Assembly: GCA_965247425.1 (NCBI GenBank) | Contig: OZ252023.1 | Span: 651,892 to 715,891 of the forward strand | DNA length: 64,000 bases | Direction of reading: 5' to 3' | Source: Terriglobia bacterium | GTDB taxonomy: Bacteria > Acidobacteriota > Terriglobia > 20CM-2-55-15 | The notes under the pieces: generated by a model | What the model was told of the DNA's origin: nothing | Seen by the model: the letters and a program-made list of their open reading frames with translations, nothing else | Database searches by the model: none | Position numbers and translations under genes: made by a program | Shown: positions 1 through 10,334 of the stretch, piece after piece | Layout of the letters: the number at the start of each line of letters is the position of its first letter | Position numbering within the stretch: the first letter of the stretch is position 1

Positions 1-411
1 TAAGCGGCGGGGCTGCAGTTCAGCTCTTCGAGTCGTACGTGAATCCGTTTTTCTTTTGAGATTGAAATATGTGAAACCCGAGGTTGCCGCGATCATCATC
101 GGGGAATACTGGATGGCCATATAAATTGTCAGAACGGAAATGGTGTCCCAATTCAGCATTTCTTCATTGCGTGAATACAGTCCGGTGAATACAAGCGCGA
201 GACCGGCGATGAGCGCAAACACATTCACATTTCTGTAGTTGCGTTGCGCTTTTTCTGCAACATCGATAGGCACCGGGTAGAGCTTGGGATATTGCGATGG
301 CGGATATGTATCCACAACATACCTCACACGGCGGAGTAACTTTCTTGGAAAATAGAAAGAAACCAGGAGGACCTGGCTTAGGAATACAAGGTAGAACAAC
401 ATTGGCTCTTG
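1..411 (-). CDS. partial ORF running off the window start (MQEPMLFYLVFLSQVLLVSF...); hypothetical membrane protein in a lower-GC segment
   Basis: Reverse-strand reading frame is open from an ATG near 411 to the window edge. It has hydrophobic stretches, and GC is clearly lower than the rest of the window. Confidence 0.25.
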
Positions 412-494
412 CATGTTTGTCTCCTCAACTGCCGCGACGATTCATCACATCGCCGAATGCAATCCGAATTTCTGAGTCTGTGACGCCCGACTCT

Positions 495-1274
495 CTAAAT
501 GCCTCTATTGTTTCGCCTAGTTTCGTCACTACCCAGGTAGGCCCAGTAGCTGCGCCGGCTCTCAAAAGCATCGAAGCCGGACAGGATGCTCCGCATCGTG
601 ATCGGGACGAAGATCTGCGGTCTCGATCCCAGCGTCGTTCCTTCGAAGCCCTTCGGTGTGACACCCACGATCGTCATCGGCTGGCCGTTGACGATGAGCG
701 TCTCACCCATCACCTCTGGGCTGGCATCAAAACGCTCGCGCCAGTACGAAAAGCTGAGGACGACGACCCGCGACACACCTACCGAAGAGTCGTCGCCGGC
801 CCCAATCAGCCGTCCCACGGCCGGATTGACGCCGAGGACAGAGAAGTAACTGCCGGAGACAAGCATGCCCCGACTGCTCGCCGTCTGTCCCCGGTAGGCC
901 AGGTTGACACCAAATATCCGATGGGCCGCGATTCCTGTAAAAACCGTCTGCCCGCGTGCGAGGTCCAGAAACATCGCGTAGCTGAACACCACGTCGCAGT
1001 TGCCGACGTCGTTGCAGGACTGGGAGCCCGGTTTCGGACCCGGGGCCGCCAGGTTCACAAGCTCATCGGGATCGGCTACGGGTATCGGCCTGAGGAGCAT
1101 CTGATTGAAAATGGAGAAGATAGCGACGTTTGCGCCAATCCCGAGCGCCAGCGAGGCAATGGCCACAGCCGTGACCAGGGGTGTCTTGATCAGCGTCCTG
1201 AAGGCGAACTTAAGCTTGTTCATCGTGATGCTCACCTCTCTGTATTCCGCGTTCTCGACGAAACACCTACGCAC
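495..1274 (-). pseudogene. N-terminal fragment (259 aa) of a MacB-like FtsX-family ABC permease (ADOP type), truncated
   Basis: There is an N-terminal TM helix followed by a periplasmic MacB_PCD-like region (…NLAAPGPKPGSQSCNDVGN…). The full family is 800-900 aa; this ORF stops after 259 aa. Confidence 0.55.
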
Positions 1275-1837
1275 GTCGACGGGCGTTTGTTCCTCTCTAT
1301 TGAGGATGGAGATCGGTCAGGCCGGCACAATCCGGACTGGACGTTCACCAGTTGGATTCTTCTCGAAAGGTTTCATCCGCTCACATGGATTCCCCCTCTC
1401 CCGAGCCTGCCTGGCGCGATGTTTTGCTTATCGGCCCTCGTATCGGCAGCCCGGTAACCCTCCGAAACTATGTTGAAGTAGCGCTGCCGATGAAAATCGT
1501 CGTGGAGTAGACTTGTCCGGCTGTCTCGCTGGGCGCGGGCGTGCGATTTCGCTCGAGCCGCGGACAGTGCCTTCCGCTTCACCCGGTTTGAACCAGCCCG
1601 ATCGGGTGTCACGGAGCGGACGAACGGTCCTGGCCCGATCAAAACGACACAGCCGAGGGACTGGACTGATTACTCCGTCCGATTTCTCGCATTGATATAA
1701 GATGTGTCCACGTCATCAGACATGCTCTGAGGTTGGTCCAGCCTTCGTAGACCTTTTGCTGGTTACAATTCTCTTGAGGCCAGCATCCGACAGTCGTAGC
1801 GCACAACAATTGGAGTAATAAAAAGTCGTAGCCAATA

Positions 1838-3367
1838 ATGACCAACAATAACGACATTTTCGGGGGCAAGATTGCGCTGTCGTGCTCCGGTGGCGGGGGC
1901 CGGGCAGCCGGTTTCCACCTTGGTACGCTCTCTTATCTGGATCGTTTGAATATTCTCAAGGACATCTCGACCCTCTCCAGCGTGTCGGGAGGAACCGTAA
2001 CATCGGCCAAATATGTCCTGAGTCTGAAACAGGCGCCCGAGGGAGAGGAACCCCACACGACCTTCGAGCGATTCTTCCACGAGTATTACGACTTCATCCT
2101 CAACGCCAATCTGGTTCCGCGCGCCCTCGATGTTCTCACCGGAGACCCGCCCCGATCCCCGTCAGATCGACGGACCCTGGTGAAAGCGCTCGCCGAGGTC
2201 TACGACCGCGATCCACGATACATGAACGGCGCTAGCTTCGGGACCCTGTTCCAAGGCAGAGAGATCCATCTCAAGAACATCATCTTTAGCGCGACCGACT
2301 GTAGAGCGGGGCTGGCGTTCCGGTTCCAGATCACGGAGAACAAGAACCGGATCGGTAACTCCATAAATGCGATCAGACCGGAAGACGCAGCCAACCTTCG
2401 GTTGGCCGATGTCGTGACGGCTTCATCCGACATTCCCGTCGGCCTCGAACCCCTGCTCTTTCCGTGGGATTTCGTCTGGCCCGACGACGAGGCGTTCGAG
2501 CAGGCGAAATCTCATCTGTGGAAGGACTCCCAAATCAAGTCGCTGGCGCTGATGGACGGCGGAATCATCGACAACCAGGGTGTGGAAGGGGTAATGCTGG
2601 CCACGCCCCCAAAGAGCCCGCCTGTCACGGGTTTAGGAACGGATTTGAGCCCACAGACCGCAGAGACAGATCCGACCGCCTGGGATTTCCACCGTGTTCC
2701 GGACCAGCTGGACCTCGCATTGTTTATCATTTCCGATGTCCCATTGCTGTCGAACGATATCTACAACCCGGCCTGGAAACGCGCGCCGGCTACAACGCTC
2801 GAAGAGAAGCTCCGATACACCAGCGGCCAGATGACGCTGGGTGGCATCCGAAACATTCTGTGGACAATATTCCTGCTCGCTGCGGTTACGGCCGGGACCG
2901 TGACATACCAGGCCTTCGGGGTACTCCCGATGTTTCTGAACACAGTGGAAAACGCTTTCGCCATATTGTTTGTCTACGTGATTCCCCTGACTCTGGCCGT
3001 GGCGGTCGCCGGGTCGCTGTTCTGGCTCTGGATCCAGTACCATCAGGTGTTCGAGGAGATATCCAGTCAGGTACCCAACGTCTGGCCACACCTGAAACGA
3101 CTCAGACTGAACGACATCATCCACATGCTGGGCCTTCGTCTTTCATCGACGTGGGCGCTGACCGGCACAATTTTTTTGAACCGTATCCGACGACTGATGT
3201 ACAACCTCGTCTATACGTTGAAGCTGACCGCGACCGACAGCGAGACCTTCGGCTCCTTGAACCTTGATGCGACTTTACCTTCCGGGAAAACACATCGAAA
3301 AATCATCAAAGCCGCCGCCTCTCCATTACAGAATCGTCCCTTGCGAAATCTACATGCTGGCCCATGA
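1838..3367 (+). CDS. patatin-like phospholipase with C-terminal transmembrane region
   Basis: Glycine-rich oxyanion motif CSGGGGRAAG, GxSxG-type nucleophile region SSVSGGT and catalytic DGG (MDGGIIDNQG) are present. A C-terminal hydrophobic segment follows. Confidence 0.8.
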   Translation: MTNNNDIFGGKIALSCSGGGGRAAGFHLGTLSYLDRLNILKDISTLSSVSGGTVTSAKYVLSLKQAPEGEEPHTTFERFFHEYYDFILNANLVPRALDVLTGDPPRSPSDRRTLVKALAEVYDRDPRYMNGASFGTLFQGREIHLKNIIFSATDCRAGLAFRFQITENKNRIGNSINAIRPEDAANLRLADVVTASSDIPVGLEPLLFPWDFVWPDDEAFEQAKSHLWKDSQIKSLALMDGGIIDNQGVEGVMLATPPKSPPVTGLGTDLSPQTAETDPTAWDFHRVPDQLDLALFIISDVPLLSNDIYNPAWKRAPATTLEEKLRYTSGQMTLGGIRNILWTIFLLAAVTAGTVTYQAFGVLPMFLNTVENAFAILFVYVIPLTLAVAVAGSLFWLWIQYHQVFEEISSQVPNVWPHLKRLRLNDIIHMLGLRLSSTWALTGTIFLNRIRRLMYNLVYTLKLTATDSETFGSLNLDATLPSGKTHRKIIKAAASPLQNRPLRNLHAGP

Positions 3368-3686
3368 GACTCCGGGTGTTCCCGACTGGCTCGAACCGAC
3401 CGACCATATGCGGGAGTTGGCCAAGCGCGCCTCAGGAATGGGGACCACGCTCTGGCTCAACAAGTCGCAGTTGGACGATCTGGTCGCCTGCGGCCAACTG
3501 ACGATCTGCTTCAGCATGCTCCAGCACTTACTGAAACTGCCCACGTGGCCCGCTCCCCAACCATACACGCCCTATTTCGAACAGGCCCGCCAGGACTGGG
3601 AAACGCTGTGTCAGAACCCATATGCGTTTGTGCCTGGACACGGAAAGGACAACGGAGCGTGGACTAATTCGGGGACGGAGGCGTAA
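3354..3686 (+). CDS. small hypothetical protein, start overlapping the patatin stop (ATGCTGGCCCATGA)
   Basis: The ORF is in the 3264..3686 frame, with an internal ATG at 3354 overlapping the upstream stop codon. No recognisable domain. Confidence 0.3.
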   Translation: MLAHETPGVPDWLEPTDHMRELAKRASGMGTTLWLNKSQLDDLVACGQLTICFSMLQHLLKLPTWPAPQPYTPYFEQARQDWETLCQNPYAFVPGHGKDNGAWTNSGTEA

Positions 3687-3816
3687 TTACGGCTGCCGTC
3701 TGATAAGCATTGCTATCGAATGGATGTCACTGGCGACGATTAGCTTCGGGCGACTGCATCGCGGTGAGAATGTTGATCGGGCCGTGACATTGGGGACACT
3801 CCAGATCCTCGGTCGG

Positions 3817-5547
3817 CTAGCCGGCGCCGCCGCCTCCGCCACCGGCTCCACCGCCACCACCGACGCTCGCCCCGCCCCCAACGCCGGACGCGGAGCTCAT
3901 GGATGTCGATACCGACGTGACCATTGAGGAGACGCTCGCGGACAGGGACGAAACGCTGTCGCCGAACGAGCCTTCGAGCCCCACGACGAAAAAAACGGGG
4001 TTCACAGGCTGGCCCAGTTCGTCGATCGGCTGCAGTTTGGGCAGGAGTTGCTTGTGCAGGCCGAAGACCACGGAAGTCGCGAGGTACCGTCCCCAAATGT
4101 CGGCATCGAGTGAAACGGGTCCGAGGGAACTCGCCAGCGACTTCAGGTGCGAGCGGAACGAGGTCCAGGCAAGAAAGAGTCGGCGGCCTTCGACGGTCCG
4201 TCGGGTCAGGGTCGCAGTGAGACCCGCGACGAGGACGCCGCCAACGATCGCAGGCACACCGGCCGGCGACTGCGACACGATGATGAAGACGATGCCGGCG
4301 ACCGCCATCGCCAAGCCGATCACGGCGTTTTGAACCATGGCGCGGACCGCGTACGGTTCAAAAAAGGCGAACACTTCGCCGCTCTCCTTGACCTGCTTCA
4401 GCCAGGCGGTGAACCACTTGTGAAACTCCCGCCTACGCTTGGACGCAGTCTTCTTGATAACCGACACCGCGAACCCGGTCGACGAGTCGCTTTGGCCGAG
4501 AAGGAAGTCGACAAGATCGAGCTCGAACGGATCCAGCTCATCGAGTGGCTTCTCGGTGCGCTCGAACCGGTAGTCCACCGAACGTTTCTCGCCCAAGAAG
4601 CCGCTCTTGATCTCGACGGTCTCGCGAATCTGGAAGTGTCCCCGATACGCCAGGTCCAACAAGGTCGCGACGATAGACAAGGGGCCCACTTCGCGGGACA
4701 TCAGGTAAGCGACGACTGCGGGCGTATGATCGCTTGGGAACTCGCCTGGAACTGCGTGAACGTCTACCTCGTGCGGGCGCCCGTGGCGACGATAGGCCAG
4801 AAACCACGCCAGCAGGCCGACGGGCACGAGTCCCAACGCTACCGGGAACAACTGTCCCGCCAGCACGTCGCGGCGGGCACGGGCTGCCGCCTGTTGCTCG
4901 AGTCGTCGCTGATTGGCTTCGCGCTGGGCATTAGCTTCTTCGACCCACACGCGCTCCTCGCTCAAGATCTCGGCCACTCTCGGGTCAGCCGAGGCGAGAG
5001 CCAGGTCGGCAACGAGGGCCGTGGGAAACAGGAGCCGACCTTCCCAGAACCGGCCTGCGGGCAACGACGTTACGTCGAACGTCACCGTGCCGTCAGCATT
5101 GATCAGCGCCGAGCCGTTCAGGGGGCCGTGGGCCCACGCCCGAAGATCGGCGGGGGCGATCGGAGACGGGAACCGGATCGTCGCGCGCACGTTGCCGATC
5201 GGACGGTCCCAGTCGTCGCCGACGAACTTGTAGTAGAACTCGGCCGTGTCCCGATAGCGCCGAACGCCTCCCTGAACCGTGTAGGCGAAGTCGAACGTCC
5301 GGCGCTCGCTGTCCGCCTGGTAATACCACGTCACCCGAGTCGACCGAGCTTCCTGGGTGATGACGAACGTGCCAGGTTCGTTCGAGTCCGATTCACGGTA
5401 GTCGCGTCCGTCCTCGCTGACGCGAATCCGAGCGACCTCGTCGGGGGCGCCGCGCGGGATGTCGCGAAACGCGAAGGTGAAGCGGCCGCGAAAGTCGTAG
5501 GAGAGGGCCTCACGGATTTCCAGCGAGCCATCCGCCCCGACGGTCAC
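3817..5547 (-). CDS. DUF2207 domain-containing membrane protein with Gly-rich C-terminus
   Basis: Architecture is typical of DUF2207 (YciQ-like): N-terminal beta-rich extracytoplasmic region, TM helices, and a poly-Gly/Ser tail. The ORF starts at GTG. A signal-peptide-like ATG at about 5654 is in another frame (see findings). Confidence 0.7.
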   Translation of the reverse strand: MTVGADGSLEIREALSYDFRGRFTFAFRDIPRGAPDEVARIRVSEDGRDYRESDSNEPGTFVITQEARSTRVTWYYQADSERRTFDFAYTVQGGVRRYRDTAEFYYKFVGDDWDRPIGNVRATIRFPSPIAPADLRAWAHGPLNGSALINADGTVTFDVTSLPAGRFWEGRLLFPTALVADLALASADPRVAEILSEERVWVEEANAQREANQRRLEQQAAARARRDVLAGQLFPVALGLVPVGLLAWFLAYRRHGRPHEVDVHAVPGEFPSDHTPAVVAYLMSREVGPLSIVATLLDLAYRGHFQIRETVEIKSGFLGEKRSVDYRFERTEKPLDELDPFELDLVDFLLGQSDSSTGFAVSVIKKTASKRRREFHKWFTAWLKQVKESGEVFAFFEPYAVRAMVQNAVIGLAMAVAGIVFIIVSQSPAGVPAIVGGVLVAGLTATLTRRTVEGRRLFLAWTSFRSHLKSLASSLGPVSLDADIWGRYLATSVVFGLHKQLLPKLQPIDELGQPVNPVFFVVGLEGSFGDSVSSLSASVSSMVTSVSTSMSSASGVGGGASVGGGGGAGGGGGGAG

Positions 5548-5718
5548 ATCGATGACGATCGACTCGACCGAATACTGCCGCTGCGCGACCGCCGGCTGCG
5601 CGACCGGAGAAAGGTCAGCAGCAGAAGGGCGACCCTGATGCTCGTGGATTTCATGGGTCGATCGACAATGTTACACCCGAAGCCGGCGACAGGTATGGAT
5701 TACCGCCAATCAACGTTC

Positions 5719-5760
5719 TTGACTTTGACTTCAGAGTACTCTTATATTCAGAGTACTCTG
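5719..5760 (+). promoter_or_regulatory. sigma70-like promoter (-35 TTGACT, -10 TATATT) with two copies of the palindromic operator TCAGAGTACTCT
   Basis: Sequence ttgactttgactTCAGAGTACTCTtatatTCAGAGTACTCTga lies immediately upstream of RBS gaggagag and the ATG at 5780. Each repeat is itself a palindrome. Confidence 0.5.
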
Positions 5761-5779
5761 AAACACGAGGAGAGATACA

Positions 5780-6348
5780 TGGAAGGCAACAAACAGCTCC
5801 AGGCCGATCTGCATTTTGTCAGAAACGTCATCGACCGGTCGGAATCCCACAAAGCGGCGCCGGGGATCCATATCTTATGGGGCGTCATTGTTCTGATCGG
5901 GTTTTCATTGATCGATGTCCGGCCGAACTATGTCGGCACGTTCTGGTTCGTGATGACGCCCCTCGGAATGGCTGCGAGCATGATGATGGGATACCGCCAC
6001 GCACAGAGGTCCGGCCAGCTCAGTCGGCAGGTCGGCACGCAGTACGCATTGCACTGGGCTGGGGTCGGGACGACGATTCTGCTGGCATCCCTGATGATTC
6101 CGGCAGGTATGCTGACCGGACCCGGGATGGGGTCGGTGGCACTGTTGATCAGCGCTTTTGGCTACTACCTTGCCGGTATTCGATTCGATCGTCGTCTCAT
6201 CTGGATCGCGGGCCTGATGACTTTCGGATACGTCGGGGTTCTTTTCGTTTCAGCGGTGACGTGGACGATCGTCGGTATCCTTGGTGCCATCGGCCTGATC
6301 GCACTCGCGTTTACCGGAGGCACCGAGAGTGGCTCGACGTCGGATTGA
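5780..6348 (+). CDS. hypothetical polytopic membrane protein, first gene of the ABC-2 operon
   Basis: This is the 3' part of the artefactual 4147..6348 ORF. A real start at ATG 5780 has an RBS; the product has about 5 TM helices. Confidence 0.6.
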
Positions 6349-6661
6349 ACAATCCGGCAACGGATGGAGCGGTTTTGGCGGACTCGATCGTCTCCTGGAA
6401 CATCGGGTCCGGCTTGCACTGTCGGTCCTGCTTTCCCGGGACGATGCGCTGTCCTTCAAACGGCTCAAAGAACTCACAAGCGAGACTGACGGCAGCCTGG
6501 GAAGCCATCTCAAGAAGCTGGAAGATGCCGGTTACATCCGGGTTCGGAAAACGTTCGTCGAGCGTAAGCCCGTCAGTTGGTATGCACTGACGGGAAAGGG
6601 TCGTAAAGCGCTCTCATCTCACGTTGACAGTCTTCAGCGATTGATCCGGGGAAGTGATTAG
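6329..6661 (+). CDS. winged-helix transcriptional regulator (HTH_34 / PadR-MarR-like)
   Basis: LEHRVRLALSVLLS…FKRLKELTSETDGSLGSHLKKLEDAGYIRVRKTFVERKPVSWYALTGKGRKAL matches the HTH_34 winged-helix pattern. It overlaps the upstream gene by 20 nt. Confidence 0.65.
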   Translation: MARRRIEQSGNGWSGFGGLDRLLEHRVRLALSVLLSRDDALSFKRLKELTSETDGSLGSHLKKLEDAGYIRVRKTFVERKPVSWYALTGKGRKALSSHVDSLQRLIRGSD

Positions 6662-6690
6662 GCGAGGATTCAGCTCACACGGAGGACGTT

Positions 6691-7620
6691 GTGATCGAAG
6701 TGAACGGGTTGCACAAACAATACGGAGATTTGCTAGCTGTCAACGACGTCAGCTTCGATGCCGAACCCGGTAAGATCTTCGGCCTTCTGGGGCCGAACGG
6801 CGCTGGTAAGTCCACGACGATCGGCTGTATTTCCGGTCTGCTCGAACCGACCGCCGGTCACGTTCAGGTATGCGGACACGACGTCGTCCGGGAACGTCGA
6901 GCGGCACGCACAAATCTGGGCGTCGTTCCTCAGGAGTTAGCGCTCTATGAGGACCTTTCCGCGACGGAAAACCTGGTGTACTGGGGATCCGCATACGGCA
7001 TGCGCGGCAAGGATCTCAAAGACCGCGTCCGTGAAGTGCTCCTGGAGACGGGTTTACAGGACCGGGCGAAGGAGCCGGTCAAGAGGTTCAGTGGAGGGAT
7101 GAAGCGCCGGTTGAACCTCGCCTGCGGCATCGTCCACCGCCCCAAGGTTCTTCTCCTCGATGAGCCGACGGTCGGTGTGGATCCCCAGTCGCGGGTTCGG
7201 CTGCTGGAGCTCATCCGTCGGGAGGTCGAGCAGGGAACGTGTGTGCTCTATACGACCCATTACATGGATGAAGCCGAAGACATCTGCGACCAGCTCGCTA
7301 TCATGGATCACGGCGAGATTATCGCCGCGGGAACACTGGGAGACCTGCGTGGAGTTCTGGGGGAAACCGACGTCATCCGATTGTCCGGCCGATTTGACCC
7401 TGAACTGTCGCGTCGGGCGATCGAGGGGCTGGACGGCGTCGAGATCGTTCAGGCTGACGATACGGGTCTGCGGCTCGCCACGGTAAACGCTTCAGGCAAG
7501 CTCGGGAACCTGCTACAGGTACTCTCCGCCATCGGGGCCGAGATCCGAGAGACGACCCTCACCCAGCCAAGCCTGGAAAGCCTGTTCATCAAGCTTACGG
7601 GTAAGGAGTTGAGGGAGTGA
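6691..7620 (+). CDS. ABC transporter ATP-binding protein
   Basis: Walker A GPNGAGKST, ABC signature SGGMKRR and Walker B LLLDEP are all present. Confidence 0.9.
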   Translation: MIEVNGLHKQYGDLLAVNDVSFDAEPGKIFGLLGPNGAGKSTTIGCISGLLEPTAGHVQVCGHDVVRERRAARTNLGVVPQELALYEDLSATENLVYWGSAYGMRGKDLKDRVREVLLETGLQDRAKEPVKRFSGGMKRRLNLACGIVHRPKVLLLDEPTVGVDPQSRVRLLELIRREVEQGTCVLYTTHYMDEAEDICDQLAIMDHGEIIAAGTLGDLRGVLGETDVIRLSGRFDPELSRRAIEGLDGVEIVQADDTGLRLATVNASGKLGNLLQVLSAIGAEIRETTLTQPSLESLFIKLTGKELRE

Positions 7621-8870
7621 GGATCCGGGACATTCGAAACAATGCGCACAAGGATCTGCTCCGGGCACTCCGAGATCCGATGGCCCTCCTGCTCTGGATT
7701 GCGATCCCGCTGTTCATCGGGATGGGGATCACGCTCGCCGTCGGTGGGACGAGTGGGCCCGCACCGCAGGCCCATGTCCTTGTTGTCGACGAGGACGACA
7801 GTTTTCTGAGTAGCCTCCTCCTGAACGCGCTGACCCAGGCAGGCGGCTCCGACTCCCTGATTCAAACCGAAACAATCGAATTGGAGGAAGGGCGGAACCG
7901 GATCAACGAAGGCGAGGGCAGCGCGTTGCTGGTAATTCCTGAAGGCTTCGGCCAGGCCGTCATCGACGAGGAGCCGACGACCCTTCGGTTGACGACCAAT
8001 CCCGCGCAGACAATTCTGCCGGGAATCGTCGAGGAGATGCTCAGCATCCTTACCGATGCGACGTTCTACCTGCATCGGGTCCTCGGCGAGGAGATTGACG
8101 AAATAGTCGCCGGCCCCCCGGAAGGTGAAAGCACTTTTGGTGACGCCGAGATCTCTCGAATCAGCGTTTCCATCAACCAGGCTATGAGCCGCATGGAAAC
8201 CTATCTGTTTCCACCGGTACTGGAGTTGGAAACCTCGGTCGATGAGGAGGCAGACTCCGGGACGGACATCAATGTCGCCGTGCTCTTCCTTCCCGGGATT
8301 ATGCTGATGTCACTGATGTTCATGGCGCAGGGATTGAGCGAAGACATCTGGCGCGAGCGGGAACAAGGAACCCTCGGCCGGGCAGTCAGTACGCCGGAAG
8401 GTATCGGGCCGTTGCTGGGAGGAAAGCTGGTCTCCGGCGGGGTCATCATCCTTTCGACAGCGACGATCATCCTCACGCTGGGCTCCCTGTACCTGGATCT
8501 TTCGTTGCTCAGCCTGCCGCTGGCCGTGTTGTGGACGACCTTTGCGGGTGTCGTTTTGCTGATCGGTATGGTTCTGATTCAGCTTTATGCCTCAAGCCAG
8601 AGAGCCGGCTCGATCCTGACCAACAGCATCGTATTTCCGCTGATGATGATCGGTGGCAGCTTCTTCCCGTCAGAGGTGATGCCGGCGTGGATGGCCGCGG
8701 TCGGCGCGTGGACACCCAACGGAATGGCGCTGGAACTCCTCAAAGACATTCTTCTCGAACGGGTAGATCCGCAGGCGCTACTGACGACATTTCTCGCGAT
8801 GTTGCTATCGGGAACCGCCCTCTTTGCATGGAGCGCCCGCCGGCTCACGCGCACGTTCGCTGCAGGGTAA
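7617..8870 (+). CDS. ABC-2 family transporter permease
   Basis: Multi-TM ABC-2 fold. It is translationally coupled to the ATPase (GTGA overlap). Confidence 0.8.
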   Translation: MRIRDIRNNAHKDLLRALRDPMALLLWIAIPLFIGMGITLAVGGTSGPAPQAHVLVVDEDDSFLSSLLLNALTQAGGSDSLIQTETIELEEGRNRINEGEGSALLVIPEGFGQAVIDEEPTTLRLTTNPAQTILPGIVEEMLSILTDATFYLHRVLGEEIDEIVAGPPEGESTFGDAEISRISVSINQAMSRMETYLFPPVLELETSVDEEADSGTDINVAVLFLPGIMLMSLMFMAQGLSEDIWREREQGTLGRAVSTPEGIGPLLGGKLVSGGVIILSTATIILTLGSLYLDLSLLSLPLAVLWTTFAGVVLLIGMVLIQLYASSQRAGSILTNSIVFPLMMIGGSFFPSEVMPAWMAAVGAWTPNGMALELLKDILLERVDPQALLTTFLAMLLSGTALFAWSARRLTRTFAAG

Positions 8871-8872
8871 CG

Positions 8873-10012
8873 ATGATCAAAGACGCTCGATTCATTGCAC
8901 TGAAAGACGTCCAGTATCTTGTCCGGGGGCGGGAGGCCATGATCTGGCTCTTCGTCATGCCGATCATGTTTTTCTATTTCATCGGGACGATCACCGGCGG
9001 AATGGGCGGGGGTGGCGGAGGTCCCGAAAGCGTGGCGGTATACGCACCGGAAGGATCCGGCTTCCTGCTTGATCAGTTTGTCCGAAGGCTTGAGGAGCAG
9101 GATTACGTCGTGGCTCTTCCGGCAGATCAGGACGAGTTCAATCGGTACCGACGACGGATCACGATACCGGAAGGGTTCACGAGCGGCATCCTCGCCGGCG
9201 AGAAACGTGTCGTCGGCTTCGCCAGACGCGAAGCCGGCCTGGGACAGGAGTACGACGCTATACGCGTCGGGCGCGCCCTGTACACCGTCCTGGCGGATGT
9301 CGTCGCCACCGGTTCGATGAACGACGGGCCGACGCCCGAATCCCTGGCAGAGCTCGACCGTATGCCAAGAACGTTAACCCTGGAGGTCACGCCCGCAGGC
9401 AATCGACAGGAGATCCCGACCGGTTTCGAGCAGGCGATCCCCGGTACCATGGTGATGTTCACGATGATCGTACTGCTCACCAGTGGGGCCGTGACTCTGG
9501 TCATCGAACGAAAGCAAGGACTACTCCGTCGTCTGGCATCCACACCAATCGATCGGGGCGGAATCGTCCTCGGCAAATGGGGCGGCCGGCTGGCGCTGGG
9601 CCTGGTTCAGATCGCGTTCGCCATGTTCGCCGGCACTCTCCTTTTCGGAATGGACTGGGGCCCGAATCTGCCGATGATATTTGCAGTTCTCGCCGTGTGG
9701 GCGGCTCTCTGCGCTTCATTGGGATTACTGCTTGGGAACCTCGCCCGTACGGAAGGGCAGGCGGTCGGGGTCGGGGTATTGACGAGCAACGTACTGGCAG
9801 CTCTCGGGGGGTGCTGGTGGCCGATCGAGATCACTCCGGACTGGATGCAGGCTTTCTCGAAACTTCTCCCGACAGGCTGGGCGATGGACGCCATGCACCG
9901 TCTGGTCAGCTTCCAGGCGGGGCCGGCAAGTGTATTGCCGCACGTTGCCGCACTGGCAACACTGGCCCTTATCACAGGCTGGATCGGAGCCCGGCGGTTC
10001 CGTTTCCAGTGA
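8873..10012 (+). CDS. ABC-2 family transporter permease (second permease)
   Basis: Real start is ATG 8873 (MIKDARFIALKD…), directly after the upstream stop. The ORF-track 8531 start is an artefactual extension. Confidence 0.75.
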   Translation: MIKDARFIALKDVQYLVRGREAMIWLFVMPIMFFYFIGTITGGMGGGGGGPESVAVYAPEGSGFLLDQFVRRLEEQDYVVALPADQDEFNRYRRRITIPEGFTSGILAGEKRVVGFARREAGLGQEYDAIRVGRALYTVLADVVATGSMNDGPTPESLAELDRMPRTLTLEVTPAGNRQEIPTGFEQAIPGTMVMFTMIVLLTSGAVTLVIERKQGLLRRLASTPIDRGGIVLGKWGGRLALGLVQIAFAMFAGTLLFGMDWGPNLPMIFAVLAVWAALCASLGLLLGNLARTEGQAVGVGVLTSNVLAALGGCWWPIEITPDWMQAFSKLLPTGWAMDAMHRLVSFQAGPASVLPHVAALATLALITGWIGARRFRFQ

Positions 10013-10017
10013 CCGCC

Positions 10018-10334
10018 AGCAGCCCGTGGTGGAAGTCTGTAGGGTCGCGTTACGAGCGCCATGGGGCTAGATGCAAGGCGCCACGACGACGTCGATGTGC
10101 CCATCGAAGACGGCGATGGTTCCCATCGAAGACGTCGATGCTCTTCATCGATCTAGGAGTGGCAACGCCGCAGATGGCCCCATGCCGTCGTAACCCGTAG
10201 GGCGCAGGGGTCTTCGGCCCACAGGCTTTGTCATTCGTCGGTCACGATGACAAAGCATCGTTCCGCTCCTCATTTCGCGCCTGTGACCCGAATACCCCTG
10301 CGCGCGACCCTACAGACTTCCACCACGGGCTGCT
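10018..10334. mobile_element. MITE-like element (~317 bp) with perfect 32-bp terminal inverted repeats AGCAGCCCGTGGTGGAAGTCTGTAGGGTCGCG
   Basis: The left TIR at 10018-10049 and the right TIR at 10303-10334 are exact reverse complements. An internal hairpin GCTTTGTCAT…ATGACAAAGC is present. A solo identical TIR occurs at 52722-52753. Confidence 0.55.

Noticed and set aside
4147-6348. 733-aa ORF on the plus strand
   Set aside because: Most of it is antisense to the DUF2207 gene and is a GC-driven open frame with no domain. Only the 3' 5780-6348, with its own RBS and ATG, is a plausible gene.
8531-10012. 493-aa ORF start
   Set aside because: The first 114 codons overlap the upstream permease in another frame. 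An ATG at 8873 right after the upstream stop gives a normal ABC-2 permease.
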